Source: an uncultured Defluviitaleaceae bacterium
GTDB taxonomy: Bacteria > Bacillota > Clostridia > Lachnospirales > WRBF01
DNA: 64,000 nt
Direction: 5' to 3'
Assembly (NCBI GenBank): GCA_964492715.1
Contig: CAZBLK010000001.1
Span: forward strand, 68,143-132,142
The notes beneath the pieces were generated by a model. The model worked only from the letters and a program-made list of their open reading frames with translations. It was not told the DNA's origin and made no database searches. The translations under genes and the position numbers were made by a program. Every line of letters begins with the position of its first letter. Position 1 is the stretch's first letter. Below are positions 15,951 through 24,742 of this stretch, piece after piece.

Positions 15951-17099
15951 TTATTTATTTACAATGCTTTTTAAGAAAGAAGGGCGGTGCACTGTAACGG
16001 CTTTTTGTGGGCAAAGCTCTTGGCAGCAATAGCACCTTATACATTTTTCTAAATCTACAACTGGCTTTTTGCTAGTCATATCAATAATTTTTGCAGGACA
16101 GTTGTCTGCACAAATGCCACAGCTAATGCAGGTATTAAAGTCAAAAAGAGGGCGTGGCTGAACATATTTGTTTAAAAACTTCTTTAGAAACGGCGGAACA
16201 TTCATCATGTCGCCAAACCAAATTGTTTCTGGAATTTCAAAGTCTTTAATTTTAAAAGATTCAATTTCGCTTCCGCTAAACTCAATGTCGTCAAAGCCTT
16301 CACTGCAAATTCCACGGTCTATGCAGTTTTTAATTGTGTAAACGTCTTTATGCTCTAGGTTAATAATTCGTGAAGCAACTTTGTCGAGGTGGTATGGGCT
16401 GTCTGAAGCAATTACAACGTTTACATGCCGTGGTGTTCCACCAGAAGGGCCGTTGCCTTCCATTCCAATGATGCCGTCCATAAAGGACAAAACAGGGTTT
16501 GCACACAGGCAAATGTCAATTAAGGCGTTTGCAAACGTAGGTTTTTGGGGCATGTTTAAGTGATACTCTGCTTTCATAATTCCAGGAACTGTGCCGAACA
16601 TGTTTTTAACAGCACCTGTAAAAACCATCATGCCGTGGGTTTTTAGCTTTGAAACAGAAATTACTTTGTCAACGTCGTTTAGCATGTCGGTAACTGTAAG
16701 CTGTTTTAAAAGAAGCCCATTTGGGTTTGAACGCTCTGCAAACTTGTAGTTGCTGTTTAGCTTTGCGCCTGTTGCAGTTGCTACTTGCTCCATTCCTGTA
16801 ACTTTGTAAATTCCAGCCAAAGCTTTTTCATTAAAAGGCCCTCCAGGGCTGTCGCCTATAACAACGCTTGCGCCAAATTCCATTAAAAGCTCGCATAGGG
16901 CTTGAACAAACACAGGGTGGGTTGTAGCCGCAACCTCAGGGCTTTTTTTAATGAGTAAGTTCACCTTTAACAAAACTTTTTCGCCCTTTTTAATGTATTT
17001 TTCTAAACCACCTAAGTTTTTAATACTTTCTGTTAGAGCTTGTTTTACAAGAGCAAGTTCATACTTGTTACACCTAATTAAGGATACTTTTGCGTTCAT
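15951..17099 (-). CDS. DUF362 protein with a C-terminal 2x[4Fe-4S] ferredoxin domain
   Basis: CISCGICADNCP and CIRCYCCQELCP clusters, with a DUF362-like N-terminal region. Confidence 0.8.
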   Translation of the reverse strand: MNAKVSLIRCNKYELALVKQALTESIKNLGGLEKYIKKGEKVLLKVNLLIKKSPEVAATTHPVFVQALCELLMEFGASVVIGDSPGGPFNEKALAGIYKVTGMEQVATATGAKLNSNYKFAERSNPNGLLLKQLTVTDMLNDVDKVISVSKLKTHGMMVFTGAVKNMFGTVPGIMKAEYHLNMPQKPTFANALIDICLCANPVLSFMDGIIGMEGNGPSGGTPRHVNVVIASDSPYHLDKVASRIINLEHKDVYTIKNCIDRGICSEGFDDIEFSGSEIESFKIKDFEIPETIWFGDMMNVPPFLKKFLNKYVQPRPLFDFNTCISCGICADNCPAKIIDMTSKKPVVDLEKCIRCYCCQELCPQKAVTVHRPSFLKSIVNK

Positions 17100-17297
17100 A
17101 GCATTCCTCCAAAAAATTTACCAATTGTAGAAATTCTGTTTTTAATCGACATTTCTATTTGCCAATACCGTTAAAAACCGGAATTGATTTAGCTAACATA
17201 TATTATATGCCTATTTTTTATTATTGCAAGGGGCAATTTTTTATAGTAAAATTAGTTAATATTATAAATTTATGTATGAAGTGAAATTGAGGTAGAT

Positions 17298-18080
17298 ATG
17301 AAGCCTAAGCTTTTTGAAACAAGCCTCTACGAGCCTGTAAAAAGCTTTTTTACAGAAAAAGGGTATGATGTTTACGGCGAAGTAAAAGGCTGCGACTTAA
17401 CTGCTGTAAAAGGTGATGAGCTTATAATTGTTGAGCTGAAGCTATCTTTTAATTTAAAACTTTTGTATCAAGCTTTGGACAGAAAAAAGTTAACAGAGCA
17501 TGTTTATGTCGCAATCCCACGCCCACGCTCAGTTAGAAGCAAGCATTATTTAAACTGTATTCAAGTTTTAAAAGCTTTGGGTATTGGGCTTTTGGTTGTT
17601 TCGCTGGACAGCTCTTTTACAAGGGCTGAGGTGGTGCATGAACCAGAGCATTTACAGAAGCGACAAAGCAAACGCAGAAAGTCAAGTGTTTTAAAAGAAA
17701 TTTCTGGCAGAAGCATAGATGCAAACAAAGGCGGAAGAAGTAAAGGTGCAATAAACACGGCATTTCGTGAGCGTTCTATAAAAATTGCTTGTACACTTGA
17801 AAAGGTAGGGGAGTGTTCTCCAAAAAACCTTATAAAGCAGTTTGACTGCCCAAAGGACACTGGCTCAATTGTTAGCAGCAATTTTTACGGCTGGTTTGTT
17901 AGGGTAAAAACTGGAGTTTACGCCTTGTCAGAAAAAGGAAGGGCAGAGCTTTTAAGAGAGCAGTTTTTGCCAGTTGTAAATTTTTACCGTGATGAATTAG
18001 CAAGAAATGAATTAGAAAGAAAAGATTTAGAAAGAAAAGATTTAGAAAGAAAAGATATAGATATAATAAATATATTATAA
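17298..18080 (+). CDS. PD-(D/E)xK-fold protein (DUF2161-like) with a C-terminal wHTH-like region and a pentapeptide repeat tail
   Basis: GCDLTAV...ELIIVELK fits the D...ExK motif. C-terminal tail is ELARNELERKDLERKDLERKDID. Confidence 0.5.
   Translation: MKPKLFETSLYEPVKSFFTEKGYDVYGEVKGCDLTAVKGDELIIVELKLSFNLKLLYQALDRKKLTEHVYVAIPRPRSVRSKHYLNCIQVLKALGIGLLVVSLDSSFTRAEVVHEPEHLQKRQSKRRKSSVLKEISGRSIDANKGGRSKGAINTAFRERSIKIACTLEKVGECSPKNLIKQFDCPKDTGSIVSSNFYGWFVRVKTGVYALSEKGRAELLREQFLPVVNFYRDELARNELERKDLERKDLERKDIDIINIL
17994..18060 (+). repeat. 15-bp in-frame tandem repeat (about 4.5 copies)
   Basis: gaattagcaagaaat gaattagaaagaaaa gatttagaaagaaaa gatttagaaagaaaa gatatag. Confidence 0.9.
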
Positions 18081-18094
18081 ATGGAGGAAATAAA

Positions 18095-18478
18095 ATGAGT
18101 AAAAAAATTATAGCAACAACAAAAGCACCAGGTGCAATCGGACCATATTCACAAGGAGTTTCTGCAAACCAAATGGTTTTCACATCAGGGCAGCTCCCCA
18201 TAAACCCAGCAGACGGCAAGCTTGTAACAGATGATGTTAAAGAAGCGACAAAGCAATGCCTTGAAAACGTAAAAGCTATTTTGGAGGAAGCTGGCACAAC
18301 ACTTGAAAACGTAGTTAAGGTAACTGTTTTCTTAAAGGATTTAAACGACTTTGCTGCAATGAACGATGTTTATAAAACTTATTTTACGGAAAACTGCCCA
18401 GCAAGAAGTGCTTTCCAAGTTGCAAAGCTTCCGCTTGATGCACTTGTGGAAATTGAAGCAGTGGCGGTTCTTCTATAA
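18095..18478 (+). CDS. RidA/YjgF family reactive-intermediate deaminase
   Basis: APGAIGPYSQG...ARSAFQVAKLP canonical RidA. Confidence 0.92.
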   Translation: MSKKIIATTKAPGAIGPYSQGVSANQMVFTSGQLPINPADGKLVTDDVKEATKQCLENVKAILEEAGTTLENVVKVTVFLKDLNDFAAMNDVYKTYFTENCPARSAFQVAKLPLDALVEIEAVAVLL

Positions 18479-19401
18479 TGCTTGACGTTTGTTTGCTTGG
18501 AACGGGCGGAATGATGCCACTTCCTGACAGGTTTTTGACTTCGCTTGCTTGCCGTTTAAATGGGAAAATACTTTTGATAGACTGCGGCGAGGGAACACAA
18601 GTTACGCTAAAGCTTACTGGGTGGGGGTACAAGGCGATTGATGTCATTTGCTTTACGCATTTTCACGCCGACCATGTTTCGGGGCTTCCAGGGCTTCTTC
18701 TTGCCATTGCAAACTCTGACCGTTCCGAGGATATTCACATTATAGGCCCTGTTGGGCTTAAAGAGGTTGTAAAGGGGCTTACGATAATTGCGCCTAAGCT
18801 TCCTTTTAATTTATTGCTGCATGAAATTGTTTCTGAAGACAATGCACTTTTTGGTGAAGGGCTTAGCCTAAGCGGTTTTAACATTAGGGCAGTGCCTGCC
18901 GAGCATAGAATACCTTGTGTTTCTTACAGGATTGACGTAAAACGCCCTGGCAAGTTTATGCCTGAAAAAGCAAAGGAGCTTGGCTTGCCTATAACTTTGT
19001 GGAATGTAATTCAAAAAGAAGGGTTTGCGGAATACGACGGAAAAGTGTACACTTCTGACATGGTAATGGGTGAGGAACGAAAAGGCATTTCAGTTTCTTA
19101 TGCAACGGACAGCAGGCCGTCTGAACGGCTTACAGAACTTGTAAGGGGTTCTGATTTATTGGTGTGCGAAGGAATTTACGGTGAGGACGAAAAGATTGAG
19201 AAGGCTATAGGATATGGGCACATGGTTTTTAGCGAAGCGGCTACTATGGCAAAAAATGGGGAAGTTGGGGAACTTTGGCTTACGCATTTTAGCCCATCTT
19301 TGACAGAGCCTGAATTGTTTTTGGACGTTGCTAAAGGGATTTTTGAAAATAGTGTTGTTGGGTTTGATAGGATTGGGAAGCAGATTAATTTCGCAGATTA
19401 G
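18478..19401 (+). CDS. rnz: ribonuclease Z
   Basis: LGTGGMMP, metallo-beta-lactamase motif THFHADH, 307 aa. Confidence 0.9.
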   Translation: MLDVCLLGTGGMMPLPDRFLTSLACRLNGKILLIDCGEGTQVTLKLTGWGYKAIDVICFTHFHADHVSGLPGLLLAIANSDRSEDIHIIGPVGLKEVVKGLTIIAPKLPFNLLLHEIVSEDNALFGEGLSLSGFNIRAVPAEHRIPCVSYRIDVKRPGKFMPEKAKELGLPITLWNVIQKEGFAEYDGKVYTSDMVMGEERKGISVSYATDSRPSERLTELVRGSDLLVCEGIYGEDEKIEKAIGYGHMVFSEAATMAKNGEVGELWLTHFSPSLTEPELFLDVAKGIFENSVVGFDRIGKQINFAD

Positions 19402-19423
19402 GATTAGTAAACCAACTCCTTGA

Positions 19424-20110
19424 TTGGGGGCTTTGGATTTGAATATTGATAAAAAGATACAAAGCAAAATAATTGAAATTGGTAACAAATATAAAGACAT
19501 AAAAAAGATAACTTTGTTTGGTTCAAGGGCTAGGGGGGATAACTCCGATAGAAGCGACATAGACTTAGCCGTTTACTTCGTTGATAAGCCAAATTACAAT
19601 GTTATCGGGGACTTTGAGGAAATTGAAACACTGCTAAAAATTGATGTTACTGTTATAACAAATGGCTTGGAAGAAAAATTTCTTCAGAATGTTAAAAATG
19701 AGGAGATTGTTGTTTATATGTTTAAACTGGAAAACAAGTTAAACAATTTTAAAAAAGCTTTAGATAAGCTTGAAGTTGTCGTAAAGCAATTTGATTTTGA
19801 AAATGATATAATCCGTGACAGCCTAATTCAAAGGTTTGAATTTTGCTATGAGCTTGCTTGGAAAACGCTTAAAGAATATTTGGTTTACAATGGCTTGTTG
19901 GTGGAAAGTATGCCACGTGCTGTTTTTAAAGCTGCTTATGAAAATGGGGTTATTGACAATGCGGACATTTGGCTTGAAATGATTAGGGATAGAAATATTG
20001 CTTCGCATGAATATAGTGAGGAGCAAGCTAATGTTTTTGCTGAAAATATAGTTATTAAGTATTTTGATGAATTTAAAGGTTTGGCAATGAAAATAAATAT
20101 AAGTAAATAA
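19424..20110 (+). CDS. fused minimal nucleotidyltransferase (MNT) and HEPN (HI0074-family) protein
   Basis: N-terminal half has LFGSRARGDNSDRSDIDL (the GSxxRGx..SDxDL NTase motif). C-terminal half has RDRNIASHEY (the Rx4-6H HEPN motif). There is no stop between the halves (..EEIVVYMFKLENK..). Start uncertain: TTG at 19424 or 19439. Confidence 0.75.
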   Translation: MGALDLNIDKKIQSKIIEIGNKYKDIKKITLFGSRARGDNSDRSDIDLAVYFVDKPNYNVIGDFEEIETLLKIDVTVITNGLEEKFLQNVKNEEIVVYMFKLENKLNNFKKALDKLEVVVKQFDFENDIIRDSLIQRFEFCYELAWKTLKEYLVYNGLLVESMPRAVFKAAYENGVIDNADIWLEMIRDRNIASHEYSEEQANVFAENIVIKYFDEFKGLAMKINISK

Positions 20111-20171
20111 ATATAAACACATTTAAAAAAAATAACCTCTTACAATGTAGCAAGAGGTTATTTAAACTTAA

Positions 20172-20702
20172 CTAACTCTCAATTCCCTTCCTAGCCATAA
20201 CACCAGCATCAAACGGGTGCTTAACCTTCCGCACCTCCGAAACATAATCTGCCATTTCCACAAATTCATCAGAAGGATTTCGCCCTGTAAGCACCAACTC
20301 AACGCCACTGGGACGCTTTTCCAAGAAGCCGTCAACGATTGCCTTATCAATAAATTCGTAGTTATAAGTAGAAATAATTTCATCAAGAACTAAAAGGTCG
20401 CACTTACCATTACTTGCCATTTCAGAAGCTTTCATAAATATTTCATTATGAATTTCTTTAATTTCGGTCATTTGCTGTTCAGTCATTTTATCTGTAAAAG
20501 GGAAAGGTTTTTCGCTTCGTAAAACTGTTACGTTTTCAAGCTTTTTAAGAGAAGTTAATTCGCCAGTATTCCAGCTTTTTAAAAATTGTGCAAAAACGAC
20601 GTATAAGCCACTACCAGCGGCACGGAGCGTAAGCCCCAGTGCCGCAGTAGTTTTGCCTTTGCCGTCACCGCAATAAATGTGCAAAAGCCCTAGCTTATCC
20701 AT
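20172..20702 (-). CDS. cobO: cob(I)yrinic acid a,c-diamide adenosyltransferase (CobO/BtuR type)
   Basis: YCGDGKGKTTAALG P-loop, 176 aa. Confidence 0.85.
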   Translation of the reverse strand: MDKLGLLHIYCGDGKGKTTAALGLTLRAAGSGLYVVFAQFLKSWNTGELTSLKKLENVTVLRSEKPFPFTDKMTEQQMTEIKEIHNEIFMKASEMASNGKCDLLVLDEIISTYNYEFIDKAIVDGFLEKRPSGVELVLTGRNPSDEFVEMADYVSEVRKVKHPFDAGVMARKGIES

Positions 20703-20704
20703 TT

Positions 20705-23329
20705 TTATTTGTTTTTAATAGCCGCTTGCGCTGCTGCAAGGCGTGCTATTGGCACACGGAAAGGTGAGCATGAAACGTATTGAAGCCCAATTCTATGGCA
20801 GAACTCAATGCTTGAAGGTTCGCCGCCATGCTCGCCGCAAATGCCAAGCTTAATGTTTGGACGTGTTTTTTGTCCTTTTTCAACAGCAATTTGCATAAGT
20901 TGTCCAACGCCTGTTTGGTCAAGCTTTGCTGTTGGGTCAGCTTCGTAAATTTTTCTTTCGATATAATCGTTAAGAATTTTACCAGCGTCGTCACGTGACA
21001 AGCCGTAAGTCATTTGTGTCAAGTCGTTTGTACCGAAAGAGAAGAACTCTGCATCTTTTGCAATGTCATCAGCAGTTAACGCAGCTCTTGGAATTTCAAT
21101 CATAGTACCAACCATGTATTTAAGCTCTACACCAGACTTTTCAATGAGAGCCTTTGCAGTTTCGTCAATAACATCTTTAACGAAGCGAAGCTCTTTTGTG
21201 TCGCCTACAAGAGGAATCATAATTTCTGGTACAATGTTAAAGCCTTTGTTCTTCTTAACTTCTAAAGCTGCTTCGATAATTGCTGTAGTTTGCATTTTAG
21301 CAATTTCTGGATAGCTTACAGCCAAACGGCAACCACGGTGACCCATCATTGGGTTAAGCTCGTGAAGGTTTGTAGCTTTTGCTTTTAAGTCTTCTACTGG
21401 TTTGCCCATTTCCTTTGCAAGGTGCTCAAAGTCAGCATCTTGAGTTGGAAGGAACTCGTGCAGAGGAGGGTCAAGCAAGCGGATTGTAACAGGTCTTTCT
21501 TCCATAGCTTCGTAAATGCCGATAAAGTCAGCCTTTTGGAAAGGAAGAAGCTCGTCTAATGCCGCAACTCTTTCTGCTTCTGTATCTGAAAGAATCATCT
21601 TTCTCATTTTAGGAATACGGTTTTCTTCAAAGAACATGTGCTCTGTACGAGTAAGACCGATACCTTCTGCGCCAAACCCAATTGCCTTTTTAGCGTCGTT
21701 TGGAGTGTCAGCGTTTGTGCGAACTTTCAAAGTACGAACTTTGTCTGCCCAAGCCATAAACGTAGCAAAGTCGCCAGAAATTTCCGGTGTAACTGTTTTG
21801 ATTGAGCCGTTGTAAATTACGCCAGTTGAACCGTCAAGAGAAATGAAGTCGCCTTCGTTTACACGAACGCCGCCAAGCTCAAAATACTTTTCTTCTTCAT
21901 TCATCTTAATTTCTTCACAGCCAGAAACGCAGCAACGACCCATACCACGAGCAACAACCGCTGCATGGCTTGTCATACCGCCACGAACTGTAAGAACGCC
22001 TTGTGCAAGGAACATGCCTTCAATGTCTTCTGGTGAAGTTTCAAGACGAACAAGTACAACCTTTTCACCACGTTCAACAGCTTCTTTAACGTCTTCTGCT
22101 GTGAAGTAAGCTTTACCAGTTGCAGCACCAGGAGAAGCTGGAAGCCCTTTGCCAATTTGCTTAGCTTCTTTTAAAGAAGCGCCGTCAAATGTTGGGTGAA
22201 GAAGTTGGTCAAGTTGCTTTGGTTCAACTTTCATAACTGCTTCTTCTTCTGTAATTAAGCCTTCTTCTACAAGGTCAACTGCAATTTTCAAAGCGGCGTG
22301 AGCTGTACGCTTTCCTGTACGTGTTTGAAGGAAGTAAAGCTTGTTGTTTTCAATTGTAATTTCCATGTCTTGCATGTCTTTGTAGTGGTTTTCCAAAAGG
22401 GTTGCAAACTTTTTAAACTCTGCATAAACTTCTGGCATTTCTTGCTCCAATTCCTCAAATGGCTTTGGAGTGCGAACGCCTGCAACAACGTCTTCGCCTT
22501 GTGCGTTCATCATGTATTCGCCGTAAATTTTGTTTTCGCCTGTTGCAGCGTTTCTTGTGAACACAACGCCTGTGCCAGAAGTGTCGCCCATGTTGCCGAA
22601 AACCATAGATTGAACGTTTACTGCTGTACCCCAATCATAAGGAATGTCGTTCATACGTCTGTAAACGAATGCACGAGGGTTGTCCCATGAACGGAAAACG
22701 GCGCAAACTGCTTCGTAAAGCTGTTCCTTAGCGTCGCTTGGGAAGTCTTTACCTTGGTCGTCTTTATACAAAGCTTTAAACTTGTTAACAACAGTTTTTA
22801 AGTCTTCCTCTGAAAGGTCAAGGTCGCTCTTTAAACCGTGTTCTTCTTTATATTCATCAAGAACTCTCTCGAACTTCGACTTTGAAACGCCGATAACAAC
22901 GTCAGAGAACATCATAATAAACCTTCTGTATGAGTCGTAAGCAAAGCGTGGGTTACCAGTTGCGTTTGCAAGTGCTTCAACAGCCTCGTCGTTAAGACCA
23001 AGGTTTAAAACAGTGTCCATCATGCCAGGCATAGAAGCCCTTGAGCCAGAACGTACAGAAACAAGAAGTGGGTTTTTAGTGTCACCAAACTTCTTGCCAG
23101 TTGTTTTTTCAAGTTCTGCCATGCAAGCATCAATTTGCGACTTAATGTCTTGTGAAAGCACCTTTCCTGAACTATTGTACAAAGTACAAGCTTCAGTTGT
23201 TACAATAAAGCCTGGTGGAATTGGAAGACCAAGCTCTGTCATTTCGGCAAGGTTTGCGCCTTTGCCGCCGAGAAGGTTGCGCATTTTGCCGTTACCTTCT
23301 GTAAACATGTAAACATATTTTACACTCAT
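20705..23329 (-). CDS. ppdK: pyruvate, phosphate dikinase
   Basis: 874 aa. GGMTSHAAVVARG phosphohistidine motif and a PEP-utilising C-terminal domain. Confidence 0.97.
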   Translation of the reverse strand: MSVKYVYMFTEGNGKMRNLLGGKGANLAEMTELGLPIPPGFIVTTEACTLYNSSGKVLSQDIKSQIDACMAELEKTTGKKFGDTKNPLLVSVRSGSRASMPGMMDTVLNLGLNDEAVEALANATGNPRFAYDSYRRFIMMFSDVVIGVSKSKFERVLDEYKEEHGLKSDLDLSEEDLKTVVNKFKALYKDDQGKDFPSDAKEQLYEAVCAVFRSWDNPRAFVYRRMNDIPYDWGTAVNVQSMVFGNMGDTSGTGVVFTRNAATGENKIYGEYMMNAQGEDVVAGVRTPKPFEELEQEMPEVYAEFKKFATLLENHYKDMQDMEITIENNKLYFLQTRTGKRTAHAALKIAVDLVEEGLITEEEAVMKVEPKQLDQLLHPTFDGASLKEAKQIGKGLPASPGAATGKAYFTAEDVKEAVERGEKVVLVRLETSPEDIEGMFLAQGVLTVRGGMTSHAAVVARGMGRCCVSGCEEIKMNEEEKYFELGGVRVNEGDFISLDGSTGVIYNGSIKTVTPEISGDFATFMAWADKVRTLKVRTNADTPNDAKKAIGFGAEGIGLTRTEHMFFEENRIPKMRKMILSDTEAERVAALDELLPFQKADFIGIYEAMEERPVTIRLLDPPLHEFLPTQDADFEHLAKEMGKPVEDLKAKATNLHELNPMMGHRGCRLAVSYPEIAKMQTTAIIEAALEVKKNKGFNIVPEIMIPLVGDTKELRFVKDVIDETAKALIEKSGVELKYMVGTMIEIPRAALTADDIAKDAEFFSFGTNDLTQMTYGLSRDDAGKILNDYIERKIYEADPTAKLDQTGVGQLMQIAVEKGQKTRPNIKLGICGEHGGEPSSIEFCHRIGLQYVSCSPFRVPIARLAAAQAAIKNK

Positions 23330-23515
23330 GATTAAACCTCCTATAATTATTCCTATATATTATAACACATTTTTTGTAAATTTGTAGTGTAAATATCAAG
23401 TTTATCTAAATTTGTTAAAAATATTCATCAGATGTTTACTACATAGCTTATTTTAATGTATAATGTTACAATTAAATGCGCTTAAAAATGTCTAAACATA
23501 TTGGGAGGGCTTGGA

Positions 23516-24742
23516 TTGAATAGTTTTTTGCGCAAACATGGAATTCCAAAAGAACTTTTGCTTTTTCTTTTTGTAATTTCACTTAACGCTCTAGCCGCAG
23601 GGCTTAGTGACAACGTGTCGTCAAACTATTTTAAAGAAGTTTATAATGCAACTGCTCTGCAAAGAGGGTTTATAGAGTTCCCTCGTGAAATGCCTGGTAT
23701 ACTTTGCATTTTTGCAATTGCTGCTTTAAGCTTTCTTGGTGATGTAAGAACAGCTATTATTGCACAGTTTTTAAGTGCTTTTGGAATACTTGTACTGGGG
23801 TTTTATACACCTTCATTTAATGTTATGCTTGTGTTTCTTTTCATTCATTCGCTTGGTATGCACATTTACCTTCCGTTAAATGATGTTATTGGAATAAGCT
23901 TGGTTAAAGACAAAAGCACGCTGGGCAAAAGAATGGGGCAGTATTCGTCTTTGTACACGGCGTTTGCAATGGTTTCTTCGGGAATTATTTTTTTTGGCTT
24001 TCGGTACGGAGTATTCAGTTTTCAAACGCCTGTTAAAACAGTTTTTGTGCTGGCTGGGGTAATTTGGGTAATAGTTGCGATTGTGCTTTTTAATATAAGC
24101 AAAGTTGTTAATTATCCTATTAAAGCAGGCGAAAAGTTTAAATTAATAATAAGGAAGGAATACAGGCTGTACTATGTACTTTCAATTTTGCGTGGCGCAC
24201 AAAAGCAAATTATGCTTGTTTATGCACCGTGGCTTTTAATTGAAATTTTGGGCAAGAAGGCAGACACAATTGCACTTATAAGCATAGTAGGCTCGTTTAT
24301 CGGTATTTTTTTTATGCCAATGCTTGGAAAATGGATAGACCGCTTTGGTGTAAAGAAAATGCTTTACCTTGACGCACTTTCCTTTATTTTTGTTTATCTG
24401 GCCTATGGTTTAATGTCGTCTGGGTTTACATCGGGCTTGTTTACAAAGGTGGGGTTGCCTGTTTTAATTACTATGAGCCTTATAATTCTTGATAAAATGT
24501 CTATGCAGATGGGTATTATAAAAACACTGTATCTTCGTTCCATAGTTGTAGACGAAAAAGACATTACAAAAACACTTTCGCTTGGCATAAGCCTTGACCA
24601 CGTCGTTTCAATTTTTGCTGGAATGCTTGGCGGTGTAATTTGGGTGTCGATTGGAGCGCAGTACATTTTTTACATAGCGGCTGTTTTGTCAGTTGGAAAT
24701 TTAATAGTAGCATATTTAGTGAAGGAAGGAACAGAAAAATAA
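23516..24742 (+). CDS. MFS transporter
   Basis: About 12 predicted TM segments. TTG at 23516 follows gggaggg (ORF opens at 23501). Its stop is immediately followed by the parC-like ATG. Confidence 0.75.
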   Translation: MNSFLRKHGIPKELLLFLFVISLNALAAGLSDNVSSNYFKEVYNATALQRGFIEFPREMPGILCIFAIAALSFLGDVRTAIIAQFLSAFGILVLGFYTPSFNVMLVFLFIHSLGMHIYLPLNDVIGISLVKDKSTLGKRMGQYSSLYTAFAMVSSGIIFFGFRYGVFSFQTPVKTVFVLAGVIWVIVAIVLFNISKVVNYPIKAGEKFKLIIRKEYRLYYVLSILRGAQKQIMLVYAPWLLIEILGKKADTIALISIVGSFIGIFFMPMLGKWIDRFGVKKMLYLDALSFIFVYLAYGLMSSGFTSGLFTKVGLPVLITMSLIILDKMSMQMGIIKTLYLRSIVVDEKDITKTLSLGISLDHVVSIFAGMLGGVIWVSIGAQYIFYIAAVLSVGNLIVAYLVKEGTEK

